Part shown: positions 30,926-42,327 of the stretch, piece after piece
How positions within the stretch are numbered: position 1 is the stretch's first letter
Layout of the letters: each line of letters opens with the position of its first letter
From: Diplonema japonicum
Lineage: Eukaryota; Protista; Euglenozoa: Diplonemea
Direction of reading: 5' to 3'
DNA length: 64,000 nucleotides
NCBI GenBank assembly: GCA_964019335.1
Contig: OZ025747.1
Location: forward strand, 124,001 to 188,000
Notes under the pieces: model-generated
What the model was told of the DNA's origin: nothing
Database searches by the model: none
The model's input: only the letters and a program-made list of their open reading frames with translations
Made by a program: the position numbers and the translations under genes

Positions 30926-33853
30926 ATGTCCGACGACGGCCTCGGCCTAGCAGGCAGACGCCATACCCTGCCTCAGAAAACAGTGACAAACAGCCCAGGG
31001 GTTCTGAGCCTCAGCAGGTACTCCAGCGTTCCGGGGCTTAATCTGGGAAAACCATCCTCAACCACATCTGGAAACAACATTAGAACACGGAGCGGGCTAA
31101 TAAGAAAACACCTTGACAAACTAGACACAGAATGCCACGTAACAGCTGTAGTAAGGGTCCGACCGTTACTGGACAACGAGGAAAAAGAAAGGTGTTTGGA
31201 GGTAAAGGACGGGACGGAAATAGTGGTTGCCGACAAGGACGTTTTCGTCTTTGACAAATGTTTTTCGGAGTCAGATAAAACGGATCAAATCTCGCAAGAG
31301 ATTACCAAACCATTACTGTCCTCCGCCCTCGCCGGGTACAACTCCTGCGTCTTCGCCTTCGGCCAAACATCGTCGGGGAAAACCCACACCATGCTCGGAA
31401 CAGACTCTGAACCGGGGCTTATCCCCCACGTTATCACAAATCTCTTTAAATCCATCGATGTCCACAACATTTCAACCATGCCCCCTTTGACCAAAACAAA
31501 TTCCGGATCGTCTCTGCTAACCAACGGATCGGTAATACCTGTCACATCTGTAAGCAATTATGGTATCACGCCACCTACGACACCGCTTCGCCTTACACTA
31601 AGCGAGAAAACTCAAAACGGGAACCATGGACGGTACTATGAAGTTGCGTGCTGTTTCATGGAAATTTACAAGGAGAAGGTTCGGGATCTGCTCCTTGGAA
31701 CGGAGGATTTCAAGGAGTTGAAAATTCGAAACTCTCCTATAGACGGGCCCTACGTCGATGGGTTGACATCGGTACCTGCAACATCCGCTCAACAATTGTT
31801 GGATTTGGTCAAAAAAGGCGGGGTTGAAAGAACAACAGGAAGCACTGCCATGAATTCCCGTTCAAGCCGAAGCCACGCCGTGTTTCAAATTGTTGTCACG
31901 GAAACCGAAACCTTAGAAACCCGCGAAACAACCACGATGAAAACAAGGATAAACCTTGTCGACCTCGCTGGTTCCGAAAAGGCAAAAACTACCACGGATA
32001 TTGAGGAAACAACTTCTATCAATCTGTCCCTGACAACCCTCAGAAGGGTGATCGACGCATTGATAGAAAATTCAAAAAAAGGCGCTGCAAACGCGGTTTT
32101 ACCGCCTTACAGAGAGTCGAAATTAACATGGTTATTATCGGAGTCGTTGGGGGGAAACACCAAAACGGTAATGGTGGGAACGATCTCGCCTTGTAAAGCA
32201 TCGATCGATGAGACGCTGAACACACTCCGCTACACATTAAAAGCAAAAGGGATCGTGAACCGGATTTCAAAAAACGAAGACAAACAGCTGGCGTTGATAA
32301 GATTGCTTCGTACGGAGGTCTCGAATCTACAAGCCCGCGTCTCTGAACAAGAAAACATCCTCGACATTTCTACAGGACAGCTCGCCAACCTATCAACCGC
32401 GTCGGTCGGAACACCACGAGAAATCAACGACACGATGGACGTAACAGAACTAAGAAGGCAATTGCAAGTCCGCAACAAGATCATCGAGGAACTAAACATC
32501 AAGGGAATGACCAGCTCCGGCCGACCGGGTGTTAAAGACACAGGCGTGCAAGCTGTCGAACACGTTCTCTCTGCCTCCATCACAATATCTGCTATCATCG
32601 CTGAATCATGCAAACTTTGCGAAGAAAAACGCAGCGAGATCACGGCATCCATATCTTCCGCTACTAGCGTACCTTTAGAAAGCATCGTCGATTTGTTCTT
32701 AGAACCCGCCTCAGATACAGCAACAAGGGTGTCCTGCGTAGCTACAACAAACCCTTCTTTACTCAACAAAAACAGGGTTAAACAAATCGCGCTTATGAAG
32801 CAACATCATTTCCCCGTGTTGGATTTTCACATTGACGTTGCGGAGGTGAACACTGTTAACCTGTCGGAAGGTACGGCGAACCCGATTCTGGCATTGTCGC
32901 CGAAGGGTCTTCAAGGCCAGCTTCTTTCAGAACAACGGCACCGAACAGAGTTGAATAACAAGGTTAGGATGCTGCAGCACACGGTCGCGAAGCTTAAACG
33001 GGTGGAGGCGAACCAAGGCCAGGTGTTCGAGAACATGGCGAAGGAGATAGAGTCGCTCTGCGGCATCATAAGAGAGAAGAACGATGAAAACTTACAGCTC
33101 TCATCCGCTGTTGACCAGCTTGTCGTCGCAAAATCCCAAATGCAACGGGAAATCAACGAACTCCAAGAAGGCAAGGAAACTGCTGAACGACAAGAACGCG
33201 CAGTCAACATCATAGCAGAATCAACAGAAACAGAGTGCTTAAGCTATCAAGAAAGGCTTGTCGGACTGTCCGCCGCCCTAGAACACAAAGTACGTGTGAC
33301 ACAATCCTTGAGCGACACGATCGGAAAACTGCGTGAGGAGAACAAATCAATGCAACACGACCTCAACAACAAGGAAGAGCTCCTCGGGGAGGAGGTGTCT
33401 TTGGCAGCGTCTAAAATCAACGGGCTGGTTACAACGAATACAGAAATTGAGGTTCAACTTTCTGTTGAAAAAGAAGCACGTATGAAATTAGGTGAGGAGC
33501 GCCGTCTTCTCACCATCCAGCATGACCAGCTGAAGCGTGACTATGCGAAGGTCAAATACCTGCTCGAGAAGAGGGGGCTGGTCATTGTAGGATGCGGTTC
33601 TACTCAGCAGCTCATGACCGCCACCCCAGCTAACACCCGGGCACGTTCTTTCACGCCCCCTTCGAAACCGCACAGGGGAAGGCCTTCGCTTGGTCCACGG
33701 CAGTCTGATACTAGTTTTGACAGGCACACTCCTCCAAGAAGGGCTCATTCTGCGTCTCTACCTGTGCCTTCTTCAGGTCCGCGAGGATCTTCACGTGGGA
33801 ACTCTTATGGCTATGATTATTCTCCTCATATTGCGAGTTCGGTGTGTGGTTTT

Positions 33854-33902
<49 letters not shown>

Positions 33903-34151
33903 AGGATTGGTACCGACCTACGTCGCCTTTGATAACTCGTCGTAAGAATCGGCTTTCTGCGGTGTGGGATTTTTGTTCAAAAAATCAAAAAAAAAAATCT
34001 TTAGGAACATAAGTCACCTTCTATTCATCGACCAGCGTCTCCTCCTGTTAAATTCCCGTCTAGTTTGCCGGGAAAGTCACTCAATAGCGTGATGTCTCCA
34101 CCTGGTCTTCGTGGCGGTCGAGTTCCTGCAATACATAAGAACAGGCGATGA
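30926..34151 (+). CDS. Kinesin motor protein (N-terminal motor, coiled-coil stalk)
   Basis: VRVRP, GQTSSGKT, NSRSSRSH, LVDLAGSE, PYRESKLT. Introns 33842-33904 and 33962-34004 extend the ORF to a stop at 34151. Confidence 0.93.
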
Positions 34152-34445
34152 GGGGGGGTTTTTTTTTTCTTTTTTCTTTTTTTTTCTTCCAGTGTTTTTT
34201 TTTTTTGACTCTTGTACACCCTTTCTCTTTTTCCTTCCCCCTCTCTTATCTTTTTTCTTTTCTTTAAACCCCTATGTAAAAAGGGTGGGGGGGAAATACA
34301 GGAAGAAAAAAAAAAAAAAAAAAAAAAAAAAGCCCCCTCCCCGGAAAAGAATTTCTTTTTAAACATCTTGTTATCCGCTTAATAAAAAAAAAATGAAAAC
34401 ACACCCCCTCACTTTTTTAAAAATTCTCCGAGAAAAAAAAAAGCG

Positions 34446-34477
<32 letters not shown>

Positions 34478-34807
34478 GTTGATAATCTCATTTGTAAGTA
34501 AGTCTTCAGGGTTGGAAAAAGAAAAAAAAAATGCCCACCAAAGCTTGTAACGTACACGAGATGATTCAGTGCATCAAGGCCTGCTCAGCGATACCTGTCC
34601 AGGGAACGACACCGCCGGTTAAAAAAAAAACCCCGGCAAAAGACCTGGGCGACTTTGACTTTCTGTGAAAAAAAATAATAATAATAACGACGGAGCCAGC
34701 AAAAAGAAATCTCTTTTCAGGGGCCAAAACTGGCAAAATCCTATACAAAAAAAAAAGTTTTTTTTTTCCCTCCCCTCATCTCAACCCCCCCAGCAAAAAA
34801 AAATGAT

Positions 34808-35335
34808 ATGAAAACAATGAGACGAGGATCTTCGCCGCGTAGAAAGGACCTTGTAAAGTACCCGGAGGCGCCAGCATTGCAGGTTGATAAAAACAGTGAA
34901 ATGGCAAAGCAAAGGGAAAAACTGGACGCATTTGGGGAAATCTTTAAAATCGTCGAGGCAAGGGGTATGGCTGACGAGCGTAGCCGTGGGAAAGAGCGGT
35001 TGGACAGGTTGAAGGCCCTTGCAGAGACCCGCGCGAAGACGCACGGAAAAACGGATTGCGAGAAAGAACAGGATTTCGAGGCTATGGTGTCTGTGGCACG
35101 GCAGCCTTTACCACCTTCCCCTCCGAAACCCCCGCATCCAGCCGCCCCGGGAGGGCCATTGGCCGAGAAACAACTCGGCCTATCTGAGGACCTGGAGTGG
35201 GAAAAAGACATGAAAGCCATCGACACAAAACTGCAACGTGTCGAGCTGAAAAAACTTCTGCAGAGACAGAACGAAGTCTCGTATCTTAAGCTAATGCGAC
35301 GGTCGAGCCCTCCCCATTTCTCCCCATCCTTGTAG
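34808..35335 (+). CDS. Hypothetical protein
   Basis: 175-aa ORF with coding-like composition. Confidence 0.65.
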   Translation: MKTMRRGSSPRRKDLVKYPEAPALQVDKNSEMAKQREKLDAFGEIFKIVEARGMADERSRGKERLDRLKALAETRAKTHGKTDCEKEQDFEAMVSVARQPLPPSPPKPPHPAAPGGPLAEKQLGLSEDLEWEKDMKAIDTKLQRVELKKLLQRQNEVSYLKLMRRSSPPHFSPSL

Positions 35336-35425
35336 TTGTATTTTTCCCCCTAATCTTTTTTTTTTTTTTCTTTCTTATTTCAAAAAAAAAAAAAAAAAAG
35401 GGAGGTATATAAAGAAAAAAAAAAA

Positions 35426-36338
35426 ATGTCCCGTTCTTCATACGACATCTCGGTGTTCTCCCCTGAGGGGAGGTTGTACCAGGTGGAGTATTCGTTCAAG
35501 ACGCTAGCACACGAAGCGCTGACAAATGTGGGTTTGACCGGGGAGGGGTGTGCCGTGGTGGTGTGCCAGAAGAAAGTCCCTGACAAGCTTCTGAAGGAAG
35601 ACAGCATTACACACGTGTTCAAGGCAGCTAAGGACATCGGCATGGCGATGTCAGGGAGGGTCCCTGACTGCGCCTCTGTGGTGGACGACACTCGCCACGA
35701 AACAATGGAGTTTGCGCATGACTTCGGGTACGACTGTGACGTGGCTTGGCTTGCGAAAAGAATGGGCGAGAAGGCGCAAATTTCGACTCAACGAGCGGGC
35801 CTCCGCCCTCTTGGTGCAGGTACCATCCTCTTTGGCATGGAAATGCTCGACAGTGGGGAACAGGTTCCTAGGGTATGTTCGAGGGGAAAAAAAAAAAAGA
35901 AAAAAAAAAAATCCCAGATTTTCACCATCGATCCTGCAGGGCTTGTCATCGCGTACAAGGCGACTTCGATGGGTCAGAAGGATAACGAGGTGAAATTGAA
36001 CCTTGAGAAGCAGTACAAACCGAACATGAGCGTATGAGTAGGGAGAGGACAAAAAAAATAAAAATATAAAAAAAAAAATTTTTTTTTGTTTAGTTGGATG
36101 ACACTATCATGACCGGTATCCAGTGCCTTCAGAAATCGCTGGGGAGCAGTGAAAGCAACCTGACTGCTGCTGACCTTGAAGTTGCGGTGTGTTAATTTGG
36201 AAGAGGGAAAAAAAAAAAAAGAAAAAAAAAAAAAAAAAAAAAAAAAACCAGGTCGTAACAGCCGACAACACTAAAGTGAGATTCTTGGATGCTACATCTG
36301 TGGAAGAATACATCACCAAAATCGTGGAAAGAGATTAG
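35426..36338 (+). CDS. PSMA6: 20S proteasome alpha subunit (alpha1/PSMA6-like)
   Basis: YDISVFSPEGRLYQVEY, QKKVPDKL, TQRAGLRPLG, DPAG. Introns 35873-35917, 36032-36093, 36187-36251. Confidence 0.88.
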
Positions 36339-36853
36339 AAATAAAAAGTCGAGGGAAAAATTTTTAATAAGTGGTGAAAGGGGGGGGGGGGGGGGGGGGG
36401 AGAAGTTAAGGTGGGGGACCTGTGTTACCTTTTAGATTTAACCTTTCTTTTTTTTAAAAAACTCAACTAACCTTTCTCTGTCTCTCTCTATCCCCTTCGT
36501 TTTTTTTTTTCTTTTCTCTTTCAGTTTAATGAGGGGACTTGAAGAGCGGGACAATGAAAAATAAGTGTTTTTTTTTTCTCTATGAACTGGCAAGAAGGGG
36601 GGGGTTTCTTCCTTTCTTCTCTTTTCCTAAAGCTACACGACATATAGTGGGGGCACTTCTTTTTTGTTGCCAGTTTTTTTTTTTTTTTAACGGAAAACAG
36701 AGAGTTTAGATAAGAAGAGAATAAAAAGGAAGAGGGGGAAGGGTAAGTCGTTTTTTTTTTCTTCTTTTTTTTTCCCTATTTTTATTACTTTTTCTTGTTC
36801 CTGTTGCTCTCGCACAAATGAAGGGGGGAAACAAAAAAAAGGAAGGAGAAAAG

Positions 36854-37144
36854 GTGTCTCTCATAGTCCCCCACGTGTGCCCTAATGATAGCCAATGGGC
36901 GTGGGGTCTCCCAGAGGCACAAGATTGAACGTTTCATAAAACTACTCCCAGAGTCTCTCATAGTCCCCCACGTGTGCCCTAATGATAGCCAATGGGTGTG
37001 GGGTCTCCCAGAGGCTCGAGATTTCCCCTCCCCCTCCCCCATGGAATGGAATTGTGGCAAGCAAAGTAAGGTGTCTCTCATAGTCCCCCACGTGTGCCCC
37101 AATGATAGCCAATGGGCGTGGGGTCTCCCAGAGGCACGAGATTT
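36854..37144 (+). ncRNA. Intergenic array of 3 copies of the same box-AGA snoRNA: 36854-36927, 36951-37024, 37071-37144
   Basis: Same 74-nt unit and the same two alternating spacers as 1320-1837. Confidence 0.78.
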
Positions 37145-37234
37145 GTCTTTTCGGTTGCGTAGAGAGAACGAAGTGTCGCTACACTTAATTTTTTTTTTTT
37201 TAACTCAAAGAAGAAAGTGGGGGGGAAAAAAAAG

Positions 37235-37929
37235 ATGGGTGAGGTAGCGAAAGTAACGGAAAACGACGAGTGGAAAGAGATCGTGAAGAAGATGGACTAT
37301 TTGCAGATAAGGAGGGAGGTATGGGCCAAAAAAAAAAAAAAATAATAATCCCCCTTTAGATCTTAGACGCAGCCGCGGACGATCCGGAGTTTAACAAGTT
37401 GATGGTAGGCTGCTTTGTGAGGGTGGTGGTACTGGTGGACTATGGGAGAACGAAAAAAAAAATGGGGAGGGTAGCAAGGGTTGACGCGGCTGTGGACGCA
37501 AAGGACGGAGAGGAGGTGTACACGATGGCGAACAACTCAAAAAGTAGCAGAAAGCTCCGGGTGTGGTTCGACGGTAAGGTGAAGCTCATTAAAGTAAGTT
37601 CCATAAGTGACACAGTGTTCAACAAGGCGGAACTGCAGTGCTGGCGGGCGACCCTCGAATACCACAAGGAAGAACCCCCCAGCCTCTCTTTCATCAGCGA
37701 AAAGCGCCAGGCTTTCCGCGACTACCTTGATAGAAAAAAGCGCACCTCCCTTTCCGTTGAGTCCATGCTCTCCTCTGACCCAAAACGTGTGAAGAAGGAT
37801 GATCATGGGAACCTCACTTACCGACCCCCTCCGAAAGCTGAGACACCAGCCGCCCCCACCACCTCCTCCGAGTCTTCTATGCTGCCACCCGCGCTACTCC
37901 CGAAACCACCTATGCCTACTTCAATTTAG
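37235..37929 (+). CDS. Plus3-domain protein (Rtf1-like domain)
   Basis: Intron 37319-37359 gives LQIRREILD...PEFNKLMVGCFVRV...SISDTVFNKAELQCW, which matches the Plus3 pattern. Confidence 0.7.
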
Positions 37930-38049
37930 AAAAAAAAAAAAAAAAAAGAATTGGTGGAAAATAATTGGTCGTTTTAGTGTCTCCTTTAGGAAGAGGGGGG
38001 TTTTACTGTAAAACGAAAAAAAAAAAAAAAAAAAAATCTGGAAGAGAAA

Positions 38050-38294
38050 AAAATATCCGGGGAAGGGGTCTGTTGAATGGCAGTTAAGGTCCATTCATCA
38101 TAAATCAGCAGGATGGGGTCAGCAGGCTCAAGACCCCGGGCATCAACTACGTCCTTACAGAAAGAGAGGAATACTTCCTGTACCGGATCCGTGTTTGCCC
38201 AGTGTTTGGGGGGAAGTCGTAAGGCTCTAGTCTGCACGGGTGTGCCACTCTCGGGGCAGAGCTGTTGTCCAGATGTATCTTGGAAATATCCGGG
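38050..38294 (-). mobile_element. Decayed pogo/DDE_1-like transposase fragment flanked by 11-bp direct repeats
   Basis: AAATATCCGGG at 38050-38060 and 38284-38294. Minus-strand peptide KHWANTD...PILLIYD resembles the NHWSN...P.LLIxD motif. Confidence 0.45.
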
Positions 38295-38515
38295 CTTTTT
38301 TTTTTTCGCTTCCGCCGTCCGGTTTTGACTAGGGTATTTCTCTCTCCGTAATTTTTCGCTTTACAGTATTTTTTTTCTTTTTTTTCTATAGTGTTTTGTC
38401 AGTTTTTTTTTTTTTATTTACAATAAGTTTTATTGTTCACCCCGATTTTTTTTTCTTGTAAAAAAAAAAAAAAAAAAAAAAGGATTTTTATTTTTGTTTT
38501 TTTTTTCTCCCTTAC

Positions 38516-40552
38516 ATGCCACTTCCCACCTGCACGGGCTGCAACAAAGCTTTGATATACAGCAGCTATCTAGAACGGAAAGGCGATGCCGTGTGGGCGA
38601 ATGGGTCCTGGGTGTGCGACAGCTGCAAGGGGAGGGGACATGGCGAGCGATGGGCCTGTAAAAAATGCCTAGTTAACGAGTGCTTCAAGTGCAGGGGAAC
38701 AGACGGTGTTCTTAAAAGGAGTAATGCGGTGGTGGCGAGGCAGCCTGACCCACTGCCCACTACCGTGAGAGGGTACACCGAGGACATCGAGGCTCAGCTC
38801 AGACTTCTTACCAAACTGCGTGAAGAGGAATCTTCCCTCCGTGCACAGTGCAGCGAACATCAGCAGACCATTGCCACGCAACGGCTAAAACCACCCGAAG
38901 CCGGAGCCGCAAAGGAAGAAATGCTCAGGAAACAATACGAAATCGAGCAACAGGAACGGCTAGAGGAGCGGCAACGACACAGCTTTGAAGACCAACAACA
39001 AGAGGAGCGAGCACACCTACGTGGCCAACACACCAGCAAACAGGCACAGCTTGAACATCAACAACGGCAAGACGATGCTCGGTCGAGGCAACAGGAGAGA
39101 GAAGAACAAGAGGAGCAGGCACGACTCGTGGAGGAGCAACACAAACTCAGAAAACAGCAACTGGAACAAGAGGAGGAAGAACACCGCCTACGGGAACAGA
39201 GGGAAGAGGAGGAGCGGGCACGACAGGCGGAAGTAGAACGGCAACAAGAAGAAGCAGAGGAAGAACACCGCCTACAACAACGGAAAAAAGAAGAAAAAGA
39301 AGAACAAGCACGACAAGAGGAAGAAGAGGAACAAGCACGGCGAAGGGAAGAGGAAGAACAAGCACAGCAAGAGGAAGAGGAGAAACAAACACGGCAAAGG
39401 GAAGAGGAGGAACAAACACGGAAAGAGGAAGAGGAAAAACAAGCACGGCAAAGGGAAGAGGAGGAACAAACACGGAAAGAGGAAGAGGAAAAACAAGCAC
39501 GGCAAAGGGAAGAGGAGGAACAAGCACGGAAAGAAGAAGCCCGTTTAAAACAACAGAGTGAAGACGAAGAAAATGCCCGACAAGCGGAGCAGGAAGCAGC
39601 GAAAAAAGAGGAAAACCGCATAAAAGAAGAAGAACGGGAAGAAAAACAACGACAAGAAGCAGAAGAAGAACACCGCCTACAAGAACAAAGGGAAGAAGAA
39701 GAGCGGGCACGACAAACAAGAGAAGCGGAAGAACACCGCCTACAAGAACAGAGGGAAGAAGAAGAAGAAGAAGAAGAAGATCTGACACGACAAGCGGAAG
39801 AAAAACGGCAACGAGAAGAAATAAAGAAGGAAGAGCCACGGCAAGCGGAAGAACAAGAACAAGATCAAACCCCAGAAGACGAAGAAGCGAAGTACATGGA
39901 AGAGTACACAAGCGAAGACGACGAGGACAGCACCGCGTCGGGATCAGGCTCCTTCAACGACCTGTTCGAAAGGGTCAGCTCAATGCCGTACAAAAACCCA
40001 GTCCTCAAAGAACAAAGCTTGCAGCCTTACACGGACGACGGGTTCAGCGATTTCAGCGAAATGGACAGCAACACCAACGGAGACTGGGAAGAGGAAGAAG
40101 AGATGGAAAGACAACACCTGGAAGAAGAAGAAAACTCAGCAAGAAAACACCTGGCACGAACACTTCAAAACGAAACACAAACCGCTCAGTACACCGTCGA
40201 CAGGAACTACATGGAGAAGAGAAAGAGCAACGCCATTCTGTACCTTGTACAGGATGAAGAGTCTCTACGGGCAAACACGCTAAGCGAAGAAGAAGTTGCG
40301 TGGCGGTCTCATGAAGTCGACTTTTCCCTTGCCTTAGACAACATCCACATGGAAGAAGAACTTGAGGCACATCCTCAACCAACGGAGCAGGTTGCATGGT
40401 CATGCTTCACAGACGCGCTCCCAAAGGCCAACCTGGACCACCTCCTTTGCCAAGAAGACGAGTTTCGCAACGCATCAGTCTTCACCTCAGCCGACCTCAC
40501 ATCACAGGATTCAATGGACTCTGACTACAGTGAGCTGAACTCTGATGGGTAG
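38516..40552 (+). CDS. Protein with an N-terminal Cys-rich Zn domain and a long E/Q/R-rich (trichohyalin-like) helical repeat region
   Basis: CTGC...WVCDSC...WACKKC...CFKC, then tandem QREEEEQTRKEEEEKQAR repeats. Confidence 0.75.
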   Translation: MPLPTCTGCNKALIYSSYLERKGDAVWANGSWVCDSCKGRGHGERWACKKCLVNECFKCRGTDGVLKRSNAVVARQPDPLPTTVRGYTEDIEAQLRLLTKLREEESSLRAQCSEHQQTIATQRLKPPEAGAAKEEMLRKQYEIEQQERLEERQRHSFEDQQQEERAHLRGQHTSKQAQLEHQQRQDDARSRQQEREEQEEQARLVEEQHKLRKQQLEQEEEEHRLREQREEEERARQAEVERQQEEAEEEHRLQQRKKEEKEEQARQEEEEEQARRREEEEQAQQEEEEKQTRQREEEEQTRKEEEEKQARQREEEEQTRKEEEEKQARQREEEEQARKEEARLKQQSEDEENARQAEQEAAKKEENRIKEEEREEKQRQEAEEEHRLQEQREEEERARQTREAEEHRLQEQREEEEEEEEDLTRQAEEKRQREEIKKEEPRQAEEQEQDQTPEDEEAKYMEEYTSEDDEDSTASGSGSFNDLFERVSSMPYKNPVLKEQSLQPYTDDGFSDFSEMDSNTNGDWEEEEEMERQHLEEEENSARKHLARTLQNETQTAQYTVDRNYMEKRKSNAILYLVQDEESLRANTLSEEEVAWRSHEVDFSLALDNIHMEEELEAHPQPTEQVAWSCFTDALPKANLDHLLCQEDEFRNASVFTSADLTSQDSMDSDYSELNSDG

Positions 40553-40686
40553 TCCTGATGGGTAGTCTTTACAGGTGCCGATGTATTTTGTTGTTGTTAT
40601 TACCCCCCCTTTTTTTTTGAACATTAAAATTTAAGTCAGTTAAGAGTAAAAGGAAAGAGAGGGGGAGGGGGAGGGTTGTAATTGAC

Positions 40687-41085
40687 ATGGCATACAACTC
40701 AGGGTACCAGCACTCTCAATATCCGCACAAGGCACCGTATGGTCAGTATGAACGGCAGTCTCCTGTTCATGCTGCGCCGCAAAGACCGTTGGCGAAGGAG
40801 AATATCCTCGAGCTGGTGCACGGCCATGAGGACGGGCTGATCCGCCCTCAAGTGGAGAGAGCCTGCCAAAAGGTAACCGAAAAGATCGTGGAGGGGGCAC
40901 GGTACGGCCAGCGCCATTTCCAAATCATCGTGTGCAAAAGAGAACAAGGAGAAACAGAAGACTCATGGCACAGACGCCAGGTCTTGATGTGGGACACCCT
41001 GGTCCAGCTTGGCCTGGAAGACTTCGAACTGAAAACCGAATTTATAGACGCAAGACAGGCGATAACATTATCTGTAACATATTAG
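40687..41085 (+). CDS. Hypothetical protein
   Basis: 132-aa ORF with normal coding composition. Confidence 0.65.
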   Translation: MAYNSGYQHSQYPHKAPYGQYERQSPVHAAPQRPLAKENILELVHGHEDGLIRPQVERACQKVTEKIVEGARYGQRHFQIIVCKREQGETEDSWHRRQVLMWDTLVQLGLEDFELKTEFIDARQAITLSVTY

Positions 41086-41204
41086 ATATATTTGTTCTTA
41101 TCCCCCCCCATTTTTTTTTTTTTTTCCGTCTCAAAAAAAATTAATAAGGGGTTTTCTTTCCTTCCCTACACACAAACAACAAAAAAAAAAAGAAGAAGAA
41201 AAAG

Positions 41205-42284
41205 ATGCCCCCTTCGTCTATCCCGCCGCCATGCGCGCCCGCTGATAAAATGAATATAAAAAGGGAGAGACAAAGAAACAGGGAGATGATCGATCGGGGT
41301 GACGGGAAACAAGGTGTTGCGACACCGTGGCAGCCCGGTGGTGCTGAGGGGAACGCTTTCGCTCTAGGGAACGAGGTAAAAGCACTGGCTGAACTGATGA
41401 AACTGACACCTCGCGAAGAGAAGGCGAGGCAACACATCGACACGGTACTGTCGGCAGCTGCGGCGGGTAGCAACTACAACGCGGAACTAATTGACGATTA
41501 CTTTCAAAGCAGATTGCTCCCCCAGCCTTCCGGGTCCATTTTGGTCCATTCTTACGTACTATACGGTTTTACAGAAATGGGCGGGCTGGCCTTCACAAGA
41601 CACTTGAACAAGCATGGTGTGGAATGCTCAAGAGATTCAACAGGTGTTTACATGCAGCTAAGCTACGATGGGTACTCGACAATGGTGTGCATTCAGCCGT
41701 CGAAATGTGTGACGGGGATGAACATTAAGAGTCTTTTGAGGAAGTACCCCGTGGCTGAGGTTGTATTCACAACCGTTTGGTTAGTGTTGCATCAGTCAAG
41801 GTGTAATTTGGTCGAGACTGGCGGGTTGTCCGCCGATGCCGTGATGATGCTGGTATTATTCTGTTGTACTAAAACTGCCAACCCCGACGATGCCGGGCAG
41901 GTACTTGTTGATTTTTTCGCAGGGTTTGGGTCATCGCTTGAGGGGTGTGTGATGGTGCCTGGCAGTGTGTATCCAGATGTTAAGACATCGCCTGGTGCGC
42001 CTTGTTTCATTACGCATCCTTTCACTGGTGAAAACCTTACCCCTTGCCTTACTAGGCATAAACAGATAACGGCCGTTTTTCGTCATTGTGGAGAGACCAT
42101 TGCCAAGTGGTCGGGGTCTTTTTATACAGGATACCGTGGGCGTACACCGTTGTCGTCGATTCTGGCGTATGATCATCTCTGGGAGAGGGTGGACATTGTG
42201 GCGCAAGATACGGAGGGGGAGAGGCCCCTCCATGGTTTTTCGCCCAGTTGGGACCCGGTCACCACTGCTGCAGGGGAACCGTGA
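41205..42284 (+). CDS. Trf4/PAPD5-like nucleotidyltransferase-fold protein with a degenerate active site
   Basis: LTPREEKAR, LRKYP, NLVETGGLS, GQVLVDFF..FG and ITHPF.GENLT are present. The GS..DxD catalytic motif is missing. Confidence 0.65.
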   Translation: MPPSSIPPPCAPADKMNIKRERQRNREMIDRGDGKQGVATPWQPGGAEGNAFALGNEVKALAELMKLTPREEKARQHIDTVLSAAAAGSNYNAELIDDYFQSRLLPQPSGSILVHSYVLYGFTEMGGLAFTRHLNKHGVECSRDSTGVYMQLSYDGYSTMVCIQPSKCVTGMNIKSLLRKYPVAEVVFTTVWLVLHQSRCNLVETGGLSADAVMMLVLFCCTKTANPDDAGQVLVDFFAGFGSSLEGCVMVPGSVYPDVKTSPGAPCFITHPFTGENLTPCLTRHKQITAVFRHCGETIAKWSGSFYTGYRGRTPLSSILAYDHLWERVDIVAQDTEGERPLHGFSPSWDPVTTAAGEP

Positions 42285-42287
42285 GGT

Positions 42288-42327
<40 letters not shown>

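Noticed and set aside
9683-36251. Programmed frameshifts, RNA editing or stop-codon reassignment to explain the broken ORFs
   Set aside because: Every break is resolved by a canonical GT-AG mini-intron, and TAA, TAG and TGA all act as normal stops.
40542-40567. 13-bp tandem duplication CTGATGGGTAGTC at a stop codon
   Set aside because: Simple local slippage with no associated element.
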